Assembly: GCA_025594325.1 (NCBI GenBank)
Contig: JANHCV010000007.1
Span: 930,001-994,000, forward strand
Direction: 5' to 3'
DNA length: 64,000 nucleotides
DNA from: Blastocladiella emersonii ATCC 22665
Lineage: Eukaryota > Fungi > Blastocladiomycota
The notes beneath the pieces were generated by a model. It ran no database searches. It saw only the letters and a list, made by a program, of their open reading frames with translations, and was not told the DNA's origin. Position 1 is the stretch's first letter. Each line of letters starts with the position of its first letter. This document shows positions 55,248 through 64,000 of this stretch, in pieces. A program made the translations under genes and the position numbers.

Positions 55248-57886
55248 TTGAGCCTCAGCATCGCCCACGACAACCAGCTCGTCGTCGCCAACCCCGGGCC
55301 CGACTACGTCGCCGCGCCAGCGGCCGTGCCCGTCCCGCCGCCCGTGCCCGCCGACCACGTCGTGACGCCGCCCATCCGGCCCGCGGGCGACGTGCGCGAC
55401 TTGGTGCTCATCACCGGCCCCGACTACCGCACGTGCCGCGGCCCCAGCCTCGGTGAGGTGTTCGTGCGCGCCATGAAGCTCGTCAACGTCTTCATCGACA
55501 ACGAGGCGCGCCCGGGCATCAAGCGCGGACTGCAGTCGCTCACCGACCGCTCGCGCGTGCTCACGGCCCAGCTGCCCGACTACCTGTGCGTCATCATCGA
55601 GATGCGCCTCGAGGCCAGCCGGCCCGTGCCCGACCTTGACCAGCGCCTCATTGAGAAGGCTCTGCGGCGGCTGCAGCGGGACCCGCCGGCCCCCCGAGAC
55701 GCGCTCGACCACGAGCTCGCCACCACCCTCGTCCGCTACGAGCAGCTGCGCGATGACGGTGGGTCGCGGCCGCGGCCGCACACGCGCCACCTCAGCCACA
55801 TGGCCTCGTCCATGGCGCGTACCTACTCGCGCGAGATCAAACGCGTCGGCTGGGACCACTCGGACCGGTACATTGAGACGCTCGCCAAGGCCCTCGTCGC
55901 CAAGGAGAGTGCCACGGTGTACTCGGAACGCCTCGCCGAACTTCAACGCGAGTGGACCGTCGCCCGCCAGCAGGTTGACCCCGACCCCGACGCGCCGGCG
56001 CCCATCAGCGGCAAGACGCTCCGCGCCCGTCGTCATCGCGCCGCCAAGACCGCCGGCCACGAGCGCCGCGCGCAGGCGCAGGCGCAGGCACCGGTTCCCA
56101 AACCCACACCCGCCGCGGCCGGGCGCGGCGGCCCTCGTCCTCACCCGTCGCCGCGCGCGCGCGCCGCTGCCCGCAAGGCGGCCAACTCGACGGCGTTCTG
56201 GGCGGATCGTCGCGCCGCGGTCGCCGGTGAGACGATGCCGTGCCGCCTGCCGCGCGAGCTCCAGTTCTCCAAGGCCGAGCGCGAGGCGCGCGTCCGCGCG
56301 GCCAAGCACCGTGTCCGCGCCTACGCCGGGATCAACGTCCCGGGCCTGTCGTGGCTCGACCGTCTCGTTCGTCTTCGAGATGCCCGTGAGTACTTTGTTG
56401 ACCGCGAGCTCGTGTCGGCCTCGACGCCGCGCCCGCGCATGGTCCCCAAGCTCGAGGTGCGCGGCCGGTTCTTCAACGTGCCGTTTGAGACGCTCATGGC
56501 CGTGGCCGGCATGCCGGTCCACGTGCGCCGGGATCCGCGCACGCCAGCGCCGGGGCGAGGGCATTGGCCCGCCCGACCTCGCGCCGACTACGACATCATC
56601 GCCGCCGACGAGGACCCCGTCGCGGTCGCCGCCGCCCGTGTCCGCGTCGCCACGTACGAGCTCCAGGACGGGCGGACGGCCAAGGCCTACTGGGACTACG
56701 TGCTGCACTGGTCGTCCATGTACGTCAAGCACTCGCTGTGCTGGCGCCTTCGACCTGGCGCGCAGCCCATCAACCAGTTCATTGGCTCGATCAAGACGGA
56801 CGGGTACTCGGCCCGCGTCCCCATGTACCGCGACGGCATCTACCTGGTCGAGGGCGCCCCGTCCAAGGCCGCCACCGGTGCACTCTCGTCCGCAGCGCTC
56901 CTCGCTCGCGCCCTCGAACCTCCTCTTGTACCTCCCGCTGTCGCCCCAAACGACCCACCCCTCGTCGTCTCCCACCCTCCTGATCATCGCGTCGCTCGTC
57001 GCCGCGGCGCCGGTACCAACATGCACGACGGCGACATCGACGTGGCCGAGGGCATCGACCGCATCACCTTCGTGGACCCCGGCGCCAACTCGCCCATCAC
57101 GGCGTTCACGGTCGCGCTCGTCCTGTTCTTCTACATTGTCGCCGTCCTCGAGCGCATCGCCATGATCCACGCCGACGGCACGCTCGACGACGACGCCCGC
57201 GCCGCCGAGCTCGACGCGGTGCGCCCGATCCTGCTCGACATCGCCATGACCAAGGAGGGCATCAACCACCGGTTCGACGAGATCACGGCGTACGAGTGGC
57301 AGCACAAGACGGGCGCCCGCCTCAAGTCGAGTCGGTCGCGGATGTGGCGTGCCGAGTACGGGCTCGACGACCACGACGAGGACCGCTCGAGGGCGTCGCA
57401 CCCCGCCGCCGACCCCGCCGCCGACCTCGGCGCCAAGATCGCGGCGAACGCGGCCGCCGAGGACGCGACGCTGGCCGAGGCGTGGCGCACGCGCGTCGGC
57501 CGGCTCGGGTTCTTCACGCTCGGGCTCCGGCAGAAGATGTTCGACAGGCTCACGCACGCGTTCAAGGGCGCCTACGTCCTGATCGGGCACCAGTTCCACT
57601 ACGGCGGCGTTCGGGTTCATCGTCGTGGTCCCGTCGCTGAGCTCGTCAAGCAGCTTGTGCGCCGTGGCACCAACATCTTCCGCGTCGACGAGAACTACAC
57701 GTCGAAGCGGTGTCCGGTCTGCTCCGCGCTCTCGACGCCGCAGCAGCGCGCCGACGGCGAGTGCGACCTCATCCAGTTGCGCGCGTGGGGCACCAAGCAC
57801 TGCCCGCGGTGTCGCGCGACGTTCGGCCGCGACCGCAGCGCCGCCTTTGGCCTGCTGCTGACCCACGCCCATCGCCTTCGGTTTGC

Positions 57887-57922
<36 letters not shown>

Positions 57923-57926
57923 GTAG
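55248..57926 (+). CDS. Fanzor (eukaryotic TnpB-family RuvC RNA-guided endonuclease), Fanzor1-like; exact start uncertain
   Basis: FIGSIKTDGYS; RuvC-I FVDPG (D at 57075); RuvC-II VDENYTS (E at 57690); zinc finger CPVC...CPRC; RuvC-III RDRSAAFGL (D at 57831). About 890 aa with no internal stop. Confidence 0.88.
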
Positions 57927-57989
57927 TTTGTGCCGTTGTGTTCCCTTTCTTTCCCTCTTCTCTCCTCTCCTCTCCTCTCCTCTCCTTTC

Positions 57990-58190
57990 CGCTTCTTCAT
58001 CTCTTCCTGGCTGCTCAACAACCTCGAAACCCTCGTTGGAGACGGCCCCTGCGTCTCAGGTGCTTCATTGCGCCTTCGGTCCTACGGGATCACCTCGTGG
58101 TGCCGACCCACATTGGTCACGGCCAATGTGGTCACAGGTCTGTGTGCCTGTCAAGTATGTAAATGGCCTGCGCATCCAGCGTACTCCATT
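57990..58190 (+). ncRNA. Candidate Fanzor omegaRNA scaffold
   Basis: Non-coding interval just 3' of Fanzor with stems at 58039-58057, 58105-58133 and 58134-58151. The position matches known TnpB/Fanzor omegaRNA placement. Boundaries are inferred. Confidence 0.45.
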
Positions 58191-58234
58191 AATACAGCAC
58201 ACTAGGGAGGAACGTAGGGTAGAGAGGAGCACGA

Positions 58235-59130
58235 TTACATGAAGTCGTCGTAGTCGCCAGCGTAGTAGGCGCCGGTCTCGGGCCCGTCGGCGGCCATATC
58301 GTCGTTGGCGCCGACGCGCACCTGCTTCTTGGTGTTCTGCTTCTTGCCCTTCTTAGCGGCCTCCTTCTCCTGGCGCTGGCGGTCGTTGGCGAGGGCGTTG
58401 AGCGTTGACGACACCTTGCGGATATCCTCGACCTTGGTCAGCTTCTCGCACATGCGGCGCGCGAGCGTGTCGAGGAACCCGGCGAACGCGGGCCGCTTCT
58501 CGAGCCCCTCGAGCCGCTCCAGGAACAGGTCCGCGAACAGATCGAACTCGGCCTTGGTGCGCGGCACCAGGTTCAGCAGCGTCTTGTCGGCGGCCGCGGC
58601 CGGCTTGGACACGGACGAGACCCCCGCGAACAGCTCCGACGCCAGCTTGGCGTCCGCCTCCTCGACCTCGCGCTGCAGTCGCGCCCTCCGCTCCGCGGGC
58701 GTCTCGGCGGCCTCGGCCGCGGCGGCGGCGGCAGCCGCAGCCTTCTTGGCCGCCTCCTCCTTGGCCTTGCGCTCCTCCTCGGCCTGGCGCTCCGCCACGG
58801 CCTGCTTGACCGAGCGCTTCTTGGGCGCAGCGGCGGCGGCAGCGGCGGCGGCGGCAGCAGCAGCGGCGGCGGTCGTGGTGGCGGCGGCGGGCTTCTCGTC
58901 GTCCGAGTCCTCCTCCTCGTCGTCGGACGAGGCGTCCCAGGCATCGGCCACGTCCGAGTCGTCCTCCTCCTCGTCGTCCCACTTGGACGCAATCTTGGCC
59001 ACGGGCACGGGCACCGGCAGCGGCGCGGCGGCGGGCGCGGCGTCCTCGGCGTAGTCCTCTGTGGATGCCGATCGGTGAGTTGCGGGCGAGAGGGGCGGGA
59101 GTGTGGCGTTGACGCACCCCAGTCGCTCAT
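58235..59130 (-). CDS. HCR1: Translation initiation factor eIF3 subunit J
   Basis: MSDWED (spliced through intron 59059-59117), KWDDEEEDD...DAWD, REVEEADAKLASELF, PRTKAEF, and C-terminal YDDFM*. Confidence 0.9.
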
Positions 59131-59410
59131 GGTGATGGTCTGTTCGGTGTAAAGAGATGCAGGTGCCGGAGCGTGCGGTTGCAGCGAGTCGCGAGGTGTG
59201 CGTGTAGAGCGGCGCAGCAGGCGGATCGGTGCGAGCGGAAGGGGGAGGCGAGGAGCGGAGAAAGCAAAGCGGAGCGGAGGTGGTGCATTTCGGGCGGCAT
59301 GTGGCCGCACATGACGTGCTGCCGATCGCGTCGCCGCCCTTCCTCTTTCCCTTGCGCCTGTTCGACGCGATTCGCGCTCTCCCCTCCGCCAAACCACATG
59401 GAGCACTAGC

Positions 59411-62400
59411 ATGGATCAACCCCAACCACCTGCTACACCACCGACCACCGACCCGCCGCACCACGGCGCCGCCAAGGCCGCGCTGCAGGGCGCGATTGAG
59501 GGCGCGCTCGACGCGTTCCTCGACGCCTTCGTGCACGCGCCCGAGTCGACGGTCAACGACCCGCTGCCCGAGGCCATTGCCGCGACCGAGCGCCTGCTGC
59601 GCGTCCCCGGCGACGCCGCCGCCGCCTCGCTCGCGTCGCCCGTCTGGGTCGTGCACCTGTGGAACGACGAGATCCACTCGTTCGTCCAGGTCATCCAGAT
59701 CGTCGAGCGCGCCACCCGCTGCTCGCGCCGCGAGGCCGAGCGCACCGCCGTCGTCGTCGACGATGTTGGCCGCGCGGTTGTGCTGGAAACGGCTGACCTC
59801 GCCGCCGCGCTCCAGTGCGCACGCACGCTGAGAGAGGCGCGGCTCGGCGTCACGGTCCAGATCAAGCGCGACTACCTGCGCGAGACGACCGCGGCGGCCG
59901 CGATCGTGTGGATCCATCACCTCGTCCTCAACGCGCCGCCCGAGGTCCTGCCGACGATCCGCGCCGCCGTGATTGCCGCGCTGTTCGCCCCGCACGTCTC
60001 GAGCGTCGCGCCATCGGATCACCCGGGTCTCCTCGACCCACGCGAGCTGCAGGCCCGCTACAACCTGCCCGACCGCCAGAACCATGCCACGTTCCCCGTC
60101 GTCGCCCAGGCGCGGTCCAACCGCCCCGCCGAAATGTACCCGCTACTCGCCGCCTTCTTCCAGACGGTCCACGCCGTCGCCGAGGAGGCCCGCACGCTGT
60201 TTCTCGGGAATGGCCCCGCCGCGCACGGCCCGCCCATGTCGCCGACGACGGCGACCGCCGCGGCCGCCGTCGACCGGTCGTCGCGCCTGTACCGCATGTT
60301 CCTCGTCGACCACAAGCTGTGGAAGCGCCTGCGCGCGCAGGTCGTCGAGCTGTTTGTCGGGACCGTGATCGTCGACCCCGTCGCCAAGCTGCAGTTCGCC
60401 CACCACTTCGCCGCCGCGTACCCGTCGCTCCTCGCGTCCTACTCGTGCATGGAGCGCGAAAAGGACCTGTCGCTGTTCAACCTCTCGGTCCAGATCTTCA
60501 CGTCTGGGTCCGTCGCGCGCAGCCTTGTCGCCGCGGGCTTTTTTTATCAGCTGCTCGCCATGCTCGCGTCGCTGCTCGGGTCTACCACGCTCGCGAGTCA
60601 TGAGGTCGGGTTTGTGCAGAAGTGGAAGCTCGATATGGCTGCGCCGATCATCGCGCAGCGCGACTACCTCGTGCTCCTCGGGCATCTCCGGTACCTCGCC
60701 CGGTGCGACGCCGTGCAGCAGCTCATGCGCGACGATCTCCGGTACCTCCACGCGTTCATGGAGGCGCTCACCCTGATCCACGGGCAGCATCCGCAGCGGC
60801 GCCAGACTGGTACGCTTTTCTGTTCGGTTCTCGTGAGGGGTGGTGCGGAGTGCTGACGCGCGGTCAATAGGCTTCCACGTCGAGTACGAGGACGAGTCGC
60901 TCGGCGAGATGCAGAACATCACCATCCACCTCGTCAACGTGCTGTCGCCTGTCGCCAAGCCGTACATTGGCAACGCCGCCGCCCTCGACATGGTCGCCAC
61001 CACGCTCATCGAGGGCCAGCCGACCTACGACCTCGCCGTTCTCCCCTGCGGCACCGCGGTACCGCGCGGCTCGATCCTCGACGCCCGCGCCGTCGCCATG
61101 TACAACCACCTGCACCTGCTCCTCGCCGCCCTGAAACCCTCGCGCGACTGGGCCGTGTCGCGCGCCCGCGCTACGCAGAACCCCGCCGACGCCATGTACC
61201 TGTTCGACGCGCCGCTCTCCACCCTCGCCATGACCGCACACGTCCAGGCCGGGCTGTGGGTGCGCAACGGGCACATGGTGCGGTCGCTCGTCCACTACTA
61301 CGCGATCGACCCGCGGTTCCGGTCCGACCTGTACGACGCCGACGTCAGGCTCGTCCAGCTCGCGGCGCAGGCCATCGACCCGCGCCAGGTCCTCCCGTGG
61401 ATCCTCGACCGGTACGGCGTGTACCCGGGCGCCGCGCACCCCGCCATGGCCGAGGACCTCGCGAAAACCATGACGGTGCTCGAGGACCTGGTCCTGACGC
61501 TCATCACGCTCGCGACCGACGACCCGGACCTCGATGTGGTCGAGCGCGCGCGCCGCGCCATCATCCACGGGCTCGCCCTGAAACCCAAGACGTACTCGGA
61601 GCTCACCGCCGACATCCCCGCGCCCGTCCTCGAGGCCACCGAGGCCCAGTTCGACGACCTCCTCGAAACGCTCACCACCATGGTCACCATTGAGTCGTCG
61701 CTCACCGACACTACCGCCGCCGGCGCCAAGTTCACCCTGCGCCCCGAGTTTCGCGCGGCGGTGCAGCCCTTCTACAAGCACTTTTCGCGCAACGACCGGC
61801 TCGAGGTCGCGAAACATCTCGCCCGGCACGGGTTGGCGAATGTCGCACCGCCCGTCCGACCCGAGTTTGCCGAGTTCCTCTTCCACCCGCTCCTCGCGCC
61901 GTGGATCGCGCAGGTCCTCCTCGTCGCGACGGCGCGCGCGCACGCGAGCAGTGTCGATGCCGCGCTGTTCCTCCTCGCGGTTCTGTCGCACGACGACGGC
62001 GTCGTCGGCGCCGCGCTGCCCCCGTTCGCGCCAGTGCAGCCGCCCGCAGTCGCGCGGGTGGGCAGCGATAACGTCGTTGGCGCGTGGGAGCAGCGGTCCG
62101 ACAGCCCGATGCCCGGCATGTACCCGCCGCCGCCGTCCCAGCCGCAGCAGCAGCAGCCCGCGGCCGCACCCGCGCCCGTCCAGCAGCAGCCGATCGGGAG
62201 CGCGTGGGTCCGCATGCTCGCGGCGGCGCCGACCCTCGTCAAGATCGTCTACGACCTCCCGCCCGCGCCGATGCGCGACTGGGTCGTCGACGCGATCCGC
62301 CGCCGCGCGCCGCACTTGCTGCCCGTGCCGCCCGTCCCCGCCGCGGCCGATGCGCCCGCGACTGCGGATGCCGCAGGAACCGATGCCGCCGGCAGCGACG

Positions 62401-64000
62401 CCGAGGCGCAGCTCGCGGCCCGCAAGCGTGCAGCCGCCGAGCGGCAGCGCAAGATGCTCGAGGACATGCAGCGGCAGCAGGCGAGTTTCGCGGCGAACTT
62501 CGCCGACGAGATGGACGACGACGAGGACTTTGAGGACGCCGAGGACCTCGAGGACCCGAGCAACCCCGTCGCCCTATCGTGCCTCGTGTGCCAGCAGACG
62601 GTCAACGAGAACGAGATCGCCGGGTACACGGCGCGCATCGAGACGTCGTCGCTCGTCCGCGTCGAGGACACGCAGGCCGAGCTCGCCGCCGCGGCGAGTG
62701 CGGCGGGGAAAGACGGCGACCACTACCTGTCCCTGCGCGGCCAGGTCGCCGTCCCCGGCCTCCACGTCTCGACGTGCGGCCACGTCCTGCACCAGCACTG
62801 CCTCGACACGTACCTTGTGTCGATCCAGACCCGCCACGCCACGCAGCGGTCGCGCAACCACCCGGAGCTCGCCGCCTTCAACGAGTTCCTGTGCCCGCTG
62901 TGCAAGGCCCTGTGCAACTCCCTCGTCTACATCCACCCCGCCGCGCACCGCGAGCAGGCCCGCGCGGCTGCCCGGATCCTCCACGGACACGACGACGGCG
63001 GGCGCGTCCTGGACCCCGCGACGTCCGTGTTCGCGCCCGGCCGCCCCCTCGCGCCCGCCGAAGTCGACCGCGTCTACAACCGCCGCATCGACGAGCTCGT
63101 CCGCGAGAAGAAAAAGGCCGCGGTCAAGGCCGCGTGCATGACGCACGCCGCCCGGCAGGCACAGGTGCACGCGTCGTCGGCCGGCGGTTCCTCCTCAAGT
63201 GGGGCCGACGGCGGCGCGTCCGCGGCCGCCCCGCCCGAGCTCGACGTGCAGCACATCCTCGCCGCCATGAACCCCGTCGACAACCCGGACGGGTTCGCGA
63301 AAGCCCCGTTCCTCGGACCCGTCGCCATGGTCTCCCCCGCCATCGACCGCGCCCACGCGCCGCTCGCGACTTTTGTGTACACGCTCGCGGCGCTCGAGGT
63401 CCAGGCGCGGCCCGCGCCGGCGTCGCCCGACGGGGCCCCCGAGTGGCCCCGCGGATCGCCGCTCGTCCTCGGCCGGATGCCGAGCCACGTCCTCCCGTTC
63501 CTCCGCCAGCTCGCGCTCAACGTGCGCGCGTCCGCGGCGCGTGTCGCGGCGGCTGCGGGCGGCGAGCTCCCGCGGATCGCGATCGGGGATGTTTTGGCGG
63601 CCGGGACCGACCCGTTCGGGTGGCTCGTCGTCCAGACGCTGTTCCCGCCGCCGGCCACGATTTCGGGCGACGATGGGGACGCGGTCATGGCCGAGGCGAA
63701 TGGTGCCTGCGACGACGCGGCGTGGCGCGAGAATATCCGGATCGCGGCGGCTGCGGTCGTCGCGCAGGAGGGTAGTGAGCGCGCGGTCGTGTTCCTCCGC
63801 AAGGCGCTGCTCCTCCGCGCCGCGACGGTCCCCGGGCTCTACGTGTCGCCGTACCTCGACTACCCGACCGAGGCCGAGCAGATGGCGCACGTCCTGCAGC
63901 TCGCGTGGCCGCCCGCCGCTCCCGTTTTGGGGGATCTGCTGCCGCCGCGCCGCCGGTACGTCGACTTCCCCGGCGCGTACCGCCTGATCCCGCTGCCGCG
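59411..64000 (+). CDS. UBR1: Ubr1-like N-recognin E3 ubiquitin ligase (partial, runs off the window end)
   Basis: ClpS-like VHLWNDEIHSFVQVI...VDDVGRAVV, KLWKRLR, HVEYE after intron ~60810-60869, GLWVRNG, and a RING region STCGHVLHQHC...EFLCPLCKALCNS. Confidence 0.85.

Noticed and set aside
53809-58192. piggyBac-like element defined by TTAA at 53809-53812 and 58189-58192
   Set aside because: There are no terminal inverted repeats inside the two TTAAs and no piggyBac transposase. TTAA could be chance or a TAM, and this cannot be decided from one copy.
1-64000. rRNA or tRNA genes
   Set aside because: I recognised no rRNA conserved blocks or tRNA cloverleafs by eye. tRNAscan-SE or Infernal would be needed to exclude them formally.

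Overview
GC-rich eukaryotic DNA with short spliceosomal introns, most likely from a flagellated (zoosporic) fungus such as a Blastocladiomycota/chytrid. This is inferred from an axonemal dynein heavy chain alongside fungal-type PDK, JmjC, Thp1/PCID2, eIF3j and Ubr1 genes. The host genes flank two mobile entities. (1) A ~17-kb endogenous Polinton-like virus (about 34013-51022) encodes a major capsid protein, penton, A32-like packaging ATPase, fibre, rve integrase, tyrosine recombinase and an AEP primase fused to a UL9-like helicase, with no recognisable pPolB. It lies inside 1891-bp inverted repeats (33249-35139 / 49896-51786). It is crippled by five in-frame stops, each explainable by a single C-to-T change. 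(2) An apparently intact Fanzor (eukaryotic TnpB-family RNA-guided nuclease, 55248-57926) has a hairpin-rich downstream region that is a candidate omegaRNA. The outer ~760 bp of the viral inverted repeats are copies of the sequence next to the Fanzor locus, so the two entities are physically entangled. An aldehyde dehydrogenase gene sits between the duplicated segments.
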